From Oikopleura dioica (Eukaryota; Animalia; Chordata): DNA of 64,000 nt. The position numbers and the translations under genes were made by a program. The stretch is taken from the NCBI GenBank assembly GCA_907165135.1, contig OU015567.1, positions 1,426,001-1,490,000 of the forward strand. Reading direction: 5' to 3'. The notes beneath the pieces were generated by a model. It saw nothing but the letters and a program-made list of their open reading frames with translations, did not search any database and was not told where the DNA came from. This document shows, one piece after another, positions 1 to 12,522 of this stretch (positions are counted from its first letter, which is position 1; every line of letters begins with the position of its first letter).

Positions 1-252
1 AAGTTAACCCAACTGTCTGTGCAAATTTGCGCAAGTTCCAGTCGCTCTCAAGGACAAACAAAAATCGCGAGAAAAAAAAGTTGTGTCACTTTTTTTTTGC
101 TGCGACAATTTCCTAAGACGCAATTTCCTCCGAACGCGCCGCCGAGAAAATATACTGTTTATCTCACGTGACTCGAAGAACTCGAAAATTTCCTTCCTCT
201 ATTTGAGATTTTAATTTTTGATTTTTGAAAGAGAGAATTTATTGGAGAAAAA

Positions 253-3200
253 ATGGTCACGGAAAGGCAAAGATCCGTTACTTTTTCTGAAGTAAGTTTT
301 TGTCAAATTTGTCGTTTTTATTCGTATGAACATAATGTTTGGGTTATGGTTAGGGTTAGGCTTGTCAACAGGTTTTTTTAAGGACCCCCCCCGTCAGCTT
401 TTTTCGAAAAATCAAATTTCAGAATTTTAGAATTTTGACCCCGGAAAAGGATTCTTTGGGTCGAACAACGATTTTGAGGCTTCATTTTTTGGGGGTCTAT
501 CTCGACTCCTACACCCTCAATTAAGCATTTGAAAATTTGACTTTTAGCCGAAAATTGACGAGTTTGCCCTAATTTTGGCAGAAATATTGATTTTTCTTGG
601 TCAAAAGTTCCTCTTATCAGTTTTTTGTAGCAAGTTTAACCTTAACGCATTAAGAACAAAAAATATGGGGTTTATAGAAATTTTCATTTTTCGAAGGTAA
701 AAGCTGACGGGGGTTCCTTAGTAAACATGCCGACACCCTTATTTTTCATTTTTGATTTTTAAAAATTTGCTAATTGGAACCAGTCTAAAATTTAGAATCT
801 AAATATAAGATTCTATAAATAAAAAAGATAAAAATAAATAATCGCTATTAATAAACACTCTGAAAATAAAACTCCAATAATCTGGGAAGTAATTCGTCAT
901 TCGAGGAGACAGTAGTCTTTTGTCAAAGTCAATAAAATCGGACACTGGACGTCAGACAATAAAATAACTATTTGCTTATCAACTCATGGCCAATTTCAAA
1001 ACGTCAATTTTTTAATTGGACTTTCATCATTTTGTCTGGACAAATCTTTGAGAAGATTCAACTTTTGTCTCGTCTGATTTTAGAATGGTGAAAGAAGTTG
1101 ACCGCTCAGAAAATTCATGAAATAAACTTTCTTTTCCGGAATAATTCAAAAGCAGACTTTCAAAGCCGCTTTTCCTGAATATTTCATTCCGTCCAGACAA
1201 TCGGGCTTTGAAATAATTTAACAGTAACTGTAGCTAGTCTTCGCAATATTGCTCCCGCTCCCCAGGGAGCTCGCCCCGGGCAATGATCTTCATTAACAAC
1301 GCTGCTCCCGAAGAGAGAAAAAAATGAAATTGGTTGTTTGAAAACTCGGGCTAAATCGGCCTTTTTTGTACTTTTGAGAAAAGAGACAAAGGCGACTCTT
1401 TTAAACGAAGATTTTCAGGTCTCGACGCACAAGAAGATGACGAATGATGAGAGCGCCTCTTTGAGTAAGTATTTTTTATGATTTTTTTCAATAATTATTT
1501 TTGAAATAATGATTTTTTATGAAAAATTTGGATTTTAAGTTTTCGCGATTTTGATTCGTTGATTTTACTAATAAATCCTTCTGATTGGCTTAAGGCAAAT
1601 TTTCCCCAATATTATCGTCTCAATTTTTTGTTCAGTGCCTCCAGTCGAGCGGCAAGCTCTGAATTTGAAGAAAGTTGACAATCGCGAAAGTCCTTACAAA
1701 TTCAACCATCTTCCGAAGCGGCATCCCTGCACAATCGAATTTAATCAACTCAGTTATTTCGTCCCTGAGGGATCAATCTTTCACGACAAGGGATTCAAGG
1801 TAACTTGCCAATTAACAATTGTCAACGCCTCTTTTGAACTTCACAAATGACGTAGTTCGAAATTCATTTTTCAGACAATTCTCAAATCCGTTTCTGGCTC
1901 CTTCCGAGCAGGAGAACTGACCGCGGTCATGGGTCCTTCCGGCGCTGGCAAATCGACTCTTCTCAACATCCTAGCCGGCTACAAAGAGCTCGGCACTCGC
2001 GGCACGGTCAACATCAACAAAAAACCGCGCGTTCCCTCGAAATTCCGAAAACAGAGCTGCTACATTATGCAGGACGACCAACTGCTACCCCATCTGACTG
2101 TGATGGAGGCGATGATGGTCTCGGCACAGCTCAAGTTGAAGAAATCGCAGGACAAGAAAGAACTGGTGAATGAGATTATCACTTCTCTCGGGCTCTGGAA
2201 TGCGAGAAACACGCAAACTTCGGCGCTTTCTGGCGGACAGCGAAAACGACTCGCTATTTGCTTGGAGCTTTGCAATAATCCACCAGGTAAGAAATTGAAA
2301 TCCAAGGTCTCGTTTTCAAAACTTGACCCCGGATAAACTCAAATCAACATGAAAAAACCAACATTCAGTGATGTTTTTCGACGAGCCCACTTCTGGCCTC
2401 GACTCGCAGACTTCCTTCCAAGTCGTCCAGCTGATGAAATCGCTGGCAAAAGGAGGCAGAACAATCATTTGCACGATCCATCAACCATCCGCGCGTCTTT
2501 TCGAAATGTTCGACCGACTTTACATTCTCGGCTCGGGGCAGTGCATTTACAACGGAACCGTCAAGGGACTCGTTCCTTTCCTCAACTCGCACAATCTTCG
2601 TTGCCCGAAGGTACAAAACACTTTCTGTCAAAATAAAAATGTCAATTTTTAGTTTCACAATCCGGCTGATTACGTCATCGAAGTCGCGAGTGGCGAATTC
2701 GGCGATGTTACTGACACCCTCATCAATTCCGTCAAAAAAGGTAAGTTCGAAATCAACAATGAGAAGATGATTCATTTGAATTTCAAGGTGCCTGCGAAGA
2801 TTTCCAAACAGACGAAGGAATAATGAAATCGGCGCCAGATATTTACGAGCAACTTGTCGATTCAGTTCTGGATTCATCGCCCGAAGATCCACTGCCACTC
2901 GAGTACAGTTCTTCTACTGCTACAGGAGCGGCTCGATTCTAGAAATGATTTTTTCATTTCTTATATAAGACAGTTTTTTTCAAAAATAAATCCTCAAAAC
3001 TGAGCCTACAATAGATGAAGACGACGATGAACATTTTTCGTTCAACACTTCTTCTTTGACGCAATTCTGGATTTTGCTGAAGCGTTCCTTTCTTTGCATA
3101 ATGCGCGATCAAATGTTAACTCAACTCCGGTTCATTTCTCACGTGATCATCGGCCTCGCCATCGGTGTTTTATACAACGATATCGGCAACAATGCGTACT

Positions 3201-4275
3201 ACACTCAACAAAATGTCTCCATGGTCTTTCTTGTCACTCTTTTCTTGGTGAGAAAAATCGTTTTTCTTCTTCAAATGTTTTAGCTCTTCTCCGCCCTGAT
3301 GCCTACAGTCTTGACATTTCCGATGGAAATGCAGGTTTTTGTCCGGGAGCACATGAACTACTGGTATTCTCTCAAATCGTACTACATGGCCAAAACTTGC
3401 GCCGATATGCCCTTCCAGGTAGAGATCTTGAAAAATGCAACTTTTCAATTACAGTTCATAGATCGTTTTCCCCGCTATTTTCTGTGTAATCATCTACTTC
3501 ATGACCGGCCAACCTTTCGTCACCGACAGATTCTTGATGTTTTATATCATGTCAGTTTTGACTTCCTTGGTTTCCCAAAGCTTGGGAATGCTCATTGGCG
3601 CTGCTTCCCCACAAGTTGAGGTACTTCGCAAATCATTGTTCTTCTTTGAAATTTTGCTTTCAAGGTGGCAACTTTCATGGGCCCCGTAGCTTGCGTGCCT
3701 TTGCTTCTTTTCGCCGGATTCTTCATCAAAGACGAAATGGTTCCCGTCTACTTGAAATGGTGCAGCTACGGTTCTTTCGTCCGCTACGCGTTCGAAGGAA
3801 GCTTGATTTCAATCTACGGCCCAGATTTTTCCGGAAACGATCGGGAAAAAATCGCATGCGACGCTCCTAATGGTAACACGTTTTTTTCAAAAGAAGGGGC
3901 CAATCGACTTTTGTAGACCCGGATATGGTTGATGATATTTTTGGCTTGATGTCTCAGTGCGCCGCTGACAACCCAAAGCAGATCATGTCTCAGTTCGACG
4001 CAAAAGGCGAAAACTTCGGCTGGGATTGCGCGATGATGATCATTTTCTTCCTTGTTCTCCGGCTCATCGCGTATCTGGCTCTAAAAGTCAAGGTATTATT
4101 CCTTCAAGTTTCGCGGTTCCTCAATCATTTTCTAGCTTTCTCTCCACAACGACAACTTGTTGACTCACACTCGCTACTTTTTCCAGCAGCTGAAGCACGA
4201 AGGCTTCCGAGCTGCTTTCGGCTGCAACAAGTCCACCTCTTCCTGCTGCTGCTAGCTCGACTTGACGCGTTCTAG
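253..4275 (+). CDS. ABCG: ABCG-family (white/ABCG1/4-like) half ABC transporter, multi-exon
   Basis: Walker [10 protein letters not shown], signature LSGGQRKR, Walker [11 protein letters not shown], then a C-terminal ABC2 membrane domain; exons joined by short introns, one GA-AG (2926-3014). Confidence 0.93.
341..360 (+). repeat. Short telomere-like (TTAGGG) tract
   Basis: gggttatggttagggttagg, intronic. Confidence 0.5.
381..718. mobile_element. MITE family A, copy 1 (in ABCG intron 1)
   Basis: TIRs AGGACCCCCCCCGTCAGCTTTT / AAAAGCTGACGGGGGTTCCT flanked by TA; internally homologous to 22467-22804. Confidence 0.85.
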
Positions 4276-4455
4276 ATTTTCAAATTCCATACCTTTATTT
4301 AATGAACTGTTCATATCCTTGTATAATGTAAATGAAAACATCAAATATTTTTAAAATTATTCAACTGCTTTATGTTAATTATCACTGCCCAGCTGGCTGG
4401 TCGACAATAAAAAATAAATGAAAAAAAAACAAATTTGAAGACTTTCAAGAAATAA

Positions 4456-4580
4456 AAATCATTTCTAGAAAAAAAATAAGTATCTAAAAAAATCCATTTC
4501 TAGAAAAAAAAATTCATTTCAAGAAAAAAATTCATTTCTAGAAAAAAAAATTATTTTTTAAAAGAAACTCATTTCTAGAA
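4456..4580. repeat. Degenerate ~20-bp minisatellite (CATTTCTAGAAAAAAAA)
   Basis: About five imperfect tandem copies downstream of the ABCG 3' end. Confidence 0.7.
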
Positions 4581-4865
4581 GTTATCTAGATATGCCGAGC
4601 TCAGGCGGGTCAAGCCTCAGAACTGACAATTTTCTGGCAGTGGCATTGTTGGAGAAGCGAGTCATTGTTTGGCAAGAGAATACAAAAAATATCTCAACAA
4701 TTCAAGTGCGTTTTTAAAGATCCGATAGAAGAAAAGCAAGTCCAAAAAGTTTATGCGAAAAGAAAATGAAGAGAACTTTGGATGAAGCGCGAGGCCTTTT
4801 TACGGACGGAAGAGAAATCAAAATAGCTCTGAAATTGAGAGATTTTTTTTTCATTTCTCGATTAG

Positions 4866-5045
4866 ATTCACACTTGTTTATCGCGGAGAAAAGATTCCAG
4901 TCGCTTTCAAGAGAGATGAAAATATTGGAATTCTGAAAGAACGAGTAGCAGTTGCTGTTAGGGAGAAGGGACTGCAGGAAATACCGATTTCCAGAATGCG
5001 ACTTTTGTACAAATCGGCGATTTTGCAGCCGGACTCAAGGGAAAC
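4866..5045 (+). CDS. Exon encoding a ubiquitin-like domain, interrupted at its end by a MITE
   Basis: After acceptor ttag it reads FTLVYRGEKIPVAFKRDENIGILKERVAVAVREKGLQEIPISRMRLLYKSAILQPDSRET, which aligns by eye with the ubiquitin fold; rest of gene unresolved. Confidence 0.55.
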
Positions 5046-5911
5046 CAGGGTTCCAATTTTGCTGAGCGATGGAGTGGATTTTGAGCGGAGTGGAGTGGAG
5101 CGTGAGCGGAGTGGATCCACTCCACTCCACTCGCTCAGCCTATATTTTTAGTCTCCACTCATTCGCTCCACTCCACTCCAACCTGTAAAATCTACTTTGG
5201 AGTGGATTTTGAGTGGATGGAGTGGATTTTGAGCGGATGGAGTGGATTTTTGTCTTTAGCGCTCCTTTTCTCGTATTCTGATTGGATACAGAGTTTTGTC
5301 TATTTTTAATGAAGAATCGAATTCTCTCAGGGGATAATCAAGAGAATAAATCACTGATATAATATCAGGATCAACCTTCAATTTAGGACCAACTTCTTCA
5401 TAAAAGTTTGATGATCAGAAAAATGAAAGGCTTGCTCACGGCGTGCAAAGAAGACTTCGATTTCTGTCTGCTCGTGGGGGCTCGACCTTTTTCAACCTCA
5501 ATTCTTTACGCCCCCTCTTTCTCTTCCTTTCACCCCCTCTTTCTTAAAACCCCTTTTTTCAGACAAGGAAAGGCTTGCTCACGGCGTGCAAAGATGACTT
5601 CGATTTCTGTCTGCTCGTGGGGGTCGAACCTTTTTTGTTCGTCTGCTCTCTTTCAACCTTTTTGATAACCTTCCCCCCAACGACCCATTATAATGGATTT
5701 AAGAATGAAAAAAATTTCTTTTAATCGCTCAAACTTCCCTAAAAATCCGCTCAAAATCCACTCAAAATCCACTCCGCTCACCCACTCCACTCGCTCAACC
5801 ATTTTTTTTGGGCATCCACTCACCGCTCCACTCCGCTCAAAAAATTTTTTGGGCTATCCACTCATCTCTCCACTCCACTCCAAAATTTTTTCGGCCAAAA
5901 TTGGAACCCTG
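5046..5911. mobile_element. hAT-like non-autonomous TIR element (MITE)
   Basis: TIR CAGGGTTCCAATTTT / AAAATTGGAACCCTG; perfect 8-bp TSD AGGGAAAC (5038-5045, 5912-5919); subterminal GGAGT/ACTCC repeats; internal ~140-bp duplication (about 5426 and 5568). Confidence 0.92.
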
Positions 5912-6091
5912 AGGGAAACAGTCATTTAATTATTGTTAATGAAGAAAAATATAAAAAATCCTTTTTTTATAATTTAAATTAAAAAGGGGTGGCTTTGTTC
6001 GTTCTTGACTTTCTGCAAGTATGCCCTTGCTCACCCTTCGAATTATTAGCCTTTATCGTAAAAATAAGCTATGTACTATAAGCTTAAAGCT

Positions 6092-7731
6092 ATGTATTCG
6101 ATAAAATTTTTGATGATTTCAAAAAGCCCGGTTTACTGGATCGCTGGCAACGGGTAAGAGAAAAACGAAATGACTCATTTTCTTTATCTTTACGAGCGAC
6201 TGAGGAAAAAATAATTTCTCTTTTCAGTCCGGAGTGCGAGATAATTCTGGTGGAAAACAACCCAACTGTAAACATCTATCGCAGCGTGGCGCAAATTCCA
6301 GAGAGCTCGGCAAGAAGTCAAGAGGGGTTCTCTTTGCCTTCGGCTTCTTATTTGGAGCAGTTTTATCAGAGAGCAGTGGAACGAAGGAGATTGAATGGGA
6401 TCTAGGGTCGGACTCCTTTCCTTTTTTTAACCCTTTTTAAGGATCCTTTTTCCTTAATCCTTAATTTTTTCCTTAATCCTTTTTGATTTTTGCAACAGGG
6501 AAAACCCTTTCCTTAATCCTTTCTGGGCATTTATTCAGGAAAAAAAATCCTTGATAATTTTCCCTTAAATCCTTTCAGATTCAGGGTTTTAGAAAGGATA
6601 TTTCGCCAAATTTTCACCCCATAAGAATTTTTCAGTCCATTTTTGACCGTGGCAAATTTTTTAAACAAAAATTGGGTTTGATTTTATTCGAAAAAATGGC
6701 ACGAACTAAAATAGGGAAGTAATAAGCTAGGAAGTGACAAAAAAGGAAGTGCATTTTCTGAAGACCAATAAGATCTCTGCATTTGGCCTACCGGCCAATG
6801 AAAACCCATTTCAAAAAAATTACTTCCTTTTTTGTCACTTCCTAGCTTATTACTTCCCTATTTTGGTTCGGCCCGAAAAAATTGCGAAAAATCCTTTCTA
6901 AAACCCTTTTCCTTAATATTTTTTGAATTTTCGAAAAACCCTTAAAGGACATTCCTTAATCCTTTTTTCCATTCTGCCCGGAAAAGTTTCCTTTCCTTAA
7001 TCCTTAATAAGCTTTCGACGGAAAAATTCCCTGTCCTTAATCCTTTTTGGGAAAGCGTTAAGGAGTCCGACCCTAGATGGGATGGAAGGAGAAAGTGGGG
7101 ATGAAGAAGTCCAAGTGCGGGGCGAGGAAGATTTAGAGGTGGCGAAGAGAATGAAGTTACTGAGGTACGAAAGGAAGGCTTCGAGTTCCTTATATAAAAT
7201 TGGCAGTTTCCTTTTTCTATTAAATTTTTTCATACTTATCAAAATTATTTTAGATGTTTGCATCGAAATTTTGCCGCCAGTGTTGAAAACGGAGCAAAAG
7301 GAGCAGACCCAGCTGAGCGAGCTCGTTTTCTGGGAAATGAAATCAACGAGGAGCGAGAATTGCCGAGCGCAGAAGATCTCGGAGAATTCATTAAAGAGAT
7401 GGCGATGAGTGTCAGGCAGTACTCAGACTTGTTAGCAAGGCTTTCAGGTGAAGAAGAAAAACGGCAATTTTTAAGAAAATTTTTAGATTCTCTGAAAAGC
7501 GACGAGAAAATCGCTGCGAAGGGAAATGACGAGTACCGGGATTTTCGACGACTTCTTCAAAATTCCATCGACTCCGCGAAATTTCTTTCTCCAGAGCTTG
7601 AAATTATTTCGAAATTCGTGATTCCTCTTTCTGGCGATAATATCGGAAGCATAAAGCTGCAAAAAACAAGCGACGAAAATGAAAACGAAAAAGTCGAAGA
7701 AATAAAATGCGAATTTTCTGATTCAGTTTGA
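6092..7731 (+). CDS. Unknown protein; exon 2 interrupted by a MITE
   Basis: Removing 6402-7076 and one TSD copy restores a continuous frame ...QRAVERRRLNG|MEGESGDEEV...; GT-AG introns at about 6154-6227 and 7166-7254 join it to the 7258-7731 ORF. Confidence 0.6.
6402..7076. mobile_element. TIR element (MITE) with CCTTAATCC-rich body
   Basis: TIR CTAGGGTCGGACTCCTT / AAGGAGTCCGACCCTAG; flanking 7-bp direct repeat ATGGGAT (6395-6401, 7077-7083). Confidence 0.88.
6702..6870. mobile_element. Small foldback element nested in the 6402-7076 MITE
   Basis: Near-perfect ~45-bp inverted repeat AAAATAGGGAAGTAATAAGCTAGGAAGTGACAAAAAAGGAAGT around a CCAAT-containing core. Confidence 0.8.
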
Positions 7732-7874
7732 ATTTTTTTATTTTTGACCAAATAAATTTCGAGAACTTCATAAAGTTTAATTGAAATGACAGGTAGAAAG
7801 GTAGCTTCAAAAGAGGTTAAATGGCATGTTTATATCTTGTTTCTTTCATCTTGGTAAGGCCTGTTCGACCTCTT

Positions 7875-8339
7875 CTAATTCCTTTGAAGGAGGCTGTTTT
7901 CTTTCCCTTCGAGGAGCTTTTCATTCATTTTATTGACGGATTCTTGCGTTTTGATTGATCGAAAAAGTTTCTCGTGCAATTTTAGATTTTCTTTCTGCTC
8001 TTTTTTCAATTGAATTTTGAGTTTTTCAATCGTTTCGTTTTGATTCATCGATTCATCTCTGTGTTCACCAGAAGAAGGCGGTCGGAAGCGATATCCTTTG
8101 AAAATTGCCCTCAATTGCAAAATATTCCGTCGTACTGTCTTCTTCGATCCCTTGCTTCGAATCACATACTGATTGATTCCCTCTTCTAGTTCATCTCGTG
8201 AGAGCCAAGTCTCGGGGTCCATGTTGTATTTCTTCAGCAGAAACTTTTGCCTTTCTGTGTGCTCGGGCATCTTTTTCTTAAAAAAACGTTGCTTGGGATT
8301 TTCAAGTAGCAAATTTCGAGTGTGATTATTTTCCCTCAA
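7875..8339 (-). CDS. Unknown basic/coiled-coil protein (ORF or last exon)
   Basis: 154-aa ORF with a heptad-like C-terminus; no recognised motif. Confidence 0.4.
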   Translation of the reverse strand: MRENNHTRNLLLENPKQRFFKKKMPEHTERQKFLLKKYNMDPETWLSRDELEEGINQYVIRSKGSKKTVRRNILQLRAIFKGYRFRPPSSGEHRDESMNQNETIEKLKIQLKKEQKENLKLHEKLFRSIKTQESVNKMNEKLLEGKENSLLQRN

Positions 8340-8589
8340 CTCCGTTCAGATTTGCTCACTGGAGCAGAAAGCAATGTCGCTTCATCCCTTTTCGATCAAA
8401 GTTTACAACGACATGGGTGGTAAACAGAGTGAGTTTTACTCCAAAACGAACCATTTCGAAAATTTCGTGCTTGAAAAATGCATTGAAAATAGACATTTGG
8501 GCGTGTTTAACTTTGAAAAATCATGAGAAATTTCCATATGCTTAGTTTTTTTTCTTCTCAAAAAGGGTTCGAAAATTCAATTTTTAGAG

Positions 8590-11500
8590 ATGAGGGGCTT
8601 TTTCCGGGCAATTTTGCCCGCTCTTGTTTTTTCACAAGAGACATTTACTCAGCTTTACAGGTAATCAACTCGCTTTTCATACTTTCAATGCTTTGAAGTG
8701 AGAAATTTCGATTTCCTGATGGAAACTCAAGACAACTCAACATTCCCGTCACGCCATTTTCAAAAGACTCGGAAATGGTCCTTCTCGACTGGCAGACTGT
8801 CATCTTCAGAGATACTTCTTCTTCCGAGGAGATCTATTTGTGGAAGTCAACCGACCCCATGAATTTTACAAAGCTTCGTGTTCCAACTGCTGATATAAAT
8901 AGCTCCGAAGACTGTCTGATAGACGGCCAGCAAGTCAGCTTTTATGAGAACATGATCACCCGCGTTTGTCTCGAATCCGGCTTTCTTGAAATAAAACAAT
9001 GGCTTCTTGACGATACAATCCTCCAGCTGGTTTTCTCCAAATCGTTCAAAGCAGAGGATTCAGATATTCTTGCGATCACTCAAATCGCGCCACAAATCGT
9101 TTTCGTCTCCAGCTCAGAGCGACTGTTTTACTACAATCTTCTTCTCGACGAAGCTCATGTCGTCAATGAATACTTTGAACCAGTCACAAGTAAAAAAATC
9201 TTTCCATAAAGCTTTTTAGCGACGACTTTAAGATGTGATTTTGAAGTCGCAGCCTGATTTGACGGAAGGGCAAATCTTTTGCCATTTGGCAACAGACCTT
9301 GGATTCAACACAACAAATTTCTATGTCGAGGATCTTCTGGAGGATAAAAGCGAGTACGTCTTCGACTGGGAATGGGACAGGACTCTGCAAACGACAGATG
9401 GAGTCATCACCGACTTTGACTTTGAAATTACCAGTTATGCAATCAGAAAGATCATGACCGTGGATGTCGCATCTGTCAATGTTAGATACGCTGATGGGTC
9501 CTGGTGGAGGATGGGGAGTACCAAACAAGGGGTGCCTTTTGGGAATGCTACCGCCGTAGGAGTCATTGATTGGGGCAAATATCAGCCGGACTCGGAAAGG
9601 GTAAATTTATGCTTTCAACACTTATCTCTGAATAGCTCCCATGACTTAAACAGTGTAGACTTTGAGTCAGATACTTTAATCACTAGAATTATTGGCGAAA
9701 ATTACCGGATGAAAAAAAAACTTTCTCCTTTATGGTTTTTAGAGATTGGAAACGATATCATTCCAGGATCCCGGGCTCGTCGCTTTTGTTGGAACAAAGT
9801 CGGGAGTTTTCTTCCTCGAAGAAGGAAGTTCATCCCCCTGGCGAGTTCTTGAAGGCTATCGCTGGCTTGTTGGTAACGAAGTTGAAGCCCTTAATATTCT
9901 ATGGCCTGATTATTACAGTCAAGGAGCGTTGGTCAAGACCACGGATGGATTGAGCTGGATAACGGTGAATAAAAATCAGACCTTCGAAGACAAATCCGAC
10001 AAAGTCCTAGAAGTCTACAACTCTGGTCGCCACGGACTAAACCTTCTAGGCCCAAATCATCCGATGCACGGACTTGTTTCTTCAATCGGTTATCCTGAGT
10101 TCGGAAACCCGGCGAAAAACCTATCTCAAGGACCGAGTGACAATGATGGTCTCTGGACATCAATGCTTCTTGCCGCGGAGAGTTTTCGATATTCCGTTAC
10201 TGGGGATGAAAGAGCGAAAGCAAATGCCGAGCATATGTACAGTGGGACTAGGCTCTTACAGGATGTAACTGGGCAGCGAGGACTTCTAGGTATGAAACAG
10301 GGAGAAACGATGATTGATACTCTTTTGAGCTCGCTGTATTTCGACGTCATCAAACAACGACCCAAAATGGCAGAAATGGGAACCAAACGAACTCCCCTGC
10401 GACCAATGTGAAGAACTTTGGTGGAAATCGACAATTTCTCAGGACAGTATCGTCGGCCACATGTTTGTTGATCCAATCTACGCTGAGCTAGTGGCAGAAG
10501 AAGAGGATAAAGAGTTTGTCATTCGAGGATTTCTAGATATTTTGGACCGGATTGTTGAGAATGGCTACACGATGCCAGATTACGACGGCGTTCCTACGAA
10601 ATGGGGCCACTGGGATCCCTATTCGATCAACAACGATATGGACAGATATTCAGAGCGTGGCTTGAACTCGCTTCAAATTCTTTCCTATCTTGCTGCCGGC
10701 GAAGTTTTGGCGAAAAAATATGGAATCACGGCGAAAAATGATTACATGGCGCATTTTGATTATCTTTATAATGAGGAAAATTATAAAAGAAATCTTGGAA
10801 ATGTCAAACTTCAGGTTTTTTAGGTTCCTAGAAGGGCGTGAATAAAAAATTAAGGCGACGAGCGAGGATAATTACAGTGACGATGAGCAGCAATTTTTGG
10901 CGTTCTACTTGTTCTATTTCACGGTCATTCGTGACTCTCAGTTTTCAAGTTTAGGCAAAGTCTTCAAGATTTCATAAGAAAAAATTATATTGGTTTTTCT
11001 ATTTAAATGCATCATTATTCATGCTCTAGTTTCAAGGAATTCCTTTTGTGTACATTTTGAATCTGTTTCTGGTAATATTCGATCAAATTTTTGCACAATG
11101 AAAAATCAGACCGATAAAGACGAAAAAACAATTATGGTCTTCAAAAACTCCATCTACAAAACCTGGAAACACGTCAGCTACTCCGAAAATTCTGTGATGG
11201 CGGGAATCTTTCTCGCACTTCTTGGAGAAGATGTTTCTGATGAAGATAAGAAGCTCACAAAAAACATTCTTATCAAAGATTTGGTGAGAATGCCAATTTC
11301 CCAAGTGACCTGGGACTATAACGCGACCCCGGGAGAGAATCGAAAGGACATGTACTTGGACCCGAATCAAGGTTAAAAAAGATCACATAATTTTTCCTCA
11401 ACATTTTTGAAAGATCGTTGGGGAGATTATGGCTCTCACGTGACCGTCCCGATTCCAAAAGACGAGCAAGCCTACCTTCAGTGGAACAAAGACCCGTTTA

Positions 11501-11595
11501 TGTTTACCGGCTCTGGCGGCAACCGAGAATACCCCGGAACTGTTTATCTGCTTCCTTACTGGCTTGCTAGATTTGAAAACATTCTCTCTTCTTAG
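8590..11595 (+). CDS. Large secreted protein with beta-rich N-terminus and bacterial-style (alpha/alpha)-barrel-like C-terminal domain
   Basis: Signal peptide MRGFFRAILPALVFS; motifs SDNDGLWTSMLLAAESFRYSVTG, DGVPTKWGHW, ERGLNSLQILSYL, NYSDDEQQFLAFY, WNKDPF..GGNREYPGTVYLLPYWLAR resemble an uncharacterised bacterial family from memory; about ten short introns. Confidence 0.75.
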
Positions 11596-11709
11596 AGAAG
11601 ATAATAAAAAATCGAAATCTTCGTTGATTTCATTCGAAAGGAAAATTCGTTGTCATAGAAACGAGGAATAGCAGGAGCAGAAATTCATTACTCAAAAAAA
11701 GGAAAAAAA

Positions 11710-12522
11710 ATGGCGAGAGAAACAGACATAGACACACTAGCAATTCAGCTGAAAGAAAGACTTGGGGACAAATTTTGGGTCGAAGTTGAAGTTCGCTCTC
11801 CTGGCCAAGGTTTGAAAATGGAAAAATTCATTATTGAGGGAGGAAAAATTTAAGAGCATCAATTGAAATATTTCGAGAAAAAGAATGAATTCCCTCTTCC
11901 GGCTTCTCTAGCCCGATTTTTTCTCGATTCCGACGGTGCCGAACTTTCTTGGGGCGAGAATAAAGCGAGCAACAAAAAAGCGATCGGTCACTTTTCAATA
12001 ATCAAAATGGACAAGCTGACAGAAATAGAAGATGGAATGTATGGCCTGAATAACTGCCGCTGCTGCCCACCGATCGGGTTCAAGAAGGATGGTTCAATTT
12101 GGGTCGCTGATTCGAGAGGGCTTTGGTTCAAAGTGGCAAGAGATTTTGAATGCTATTTCAGAATAAATCTTCATTATGGAGCCGTCATAGGAATGCTTCA
12201 AAATATGTTGAATTTATTCTTCTATCTTTCTCGAAAAAATGATAAACCCTAACCCTAACCCTAGCCTTAACCCTAACTGAGATTTTTAAAAGCTGAGAAA
12301 GGTTGGCAACTCGACTACACCCCTCTTGGAATGTCAATTTTTACACGAGAAAAGATCTGTTTCCATTTCAACAACGAGTTTCTCAAAGAGTTTGAAGAAG
12401 ATAACGAAGACTTTCCGGGCAAAACATACGACGAAGGGAGGATAAAAACAATTCTCGAGCGAAAAAAGCCGCCCTTTGAAAGCCCGAGTGTGGCAAAGAG
12501 TCGGTCATCGAGAAAACATTGA
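11710..12522 (+). CDS. TPGS2: TPGS2-like (tubulin polyglutamylase complex subunit 2, SMI1/KNR4-type domain)
   Basis: LPASLARFFLDSDGAELSW ... IWVADSRGLWFKVARDFECYFR ... GWQLDYTPLGMS parallels recalled TPGS2 motifs; needs a GA-AG intron at 12191-12301. Confidence 0.65.
12244..12277 (-). repeat. Telomere-like (CCCTAA)n tract
   Basis: aaaccctaaccctaaccctagccttaaccctaac inside the GA-AG intron. Confidence 0.75.

Noticed and set aside
2365-2898. Long antisense ORFs (also 38040-38624, 31270-31920, 44951-45277)
   Set aside because: Shadows of well-supported genes on the opposite strand
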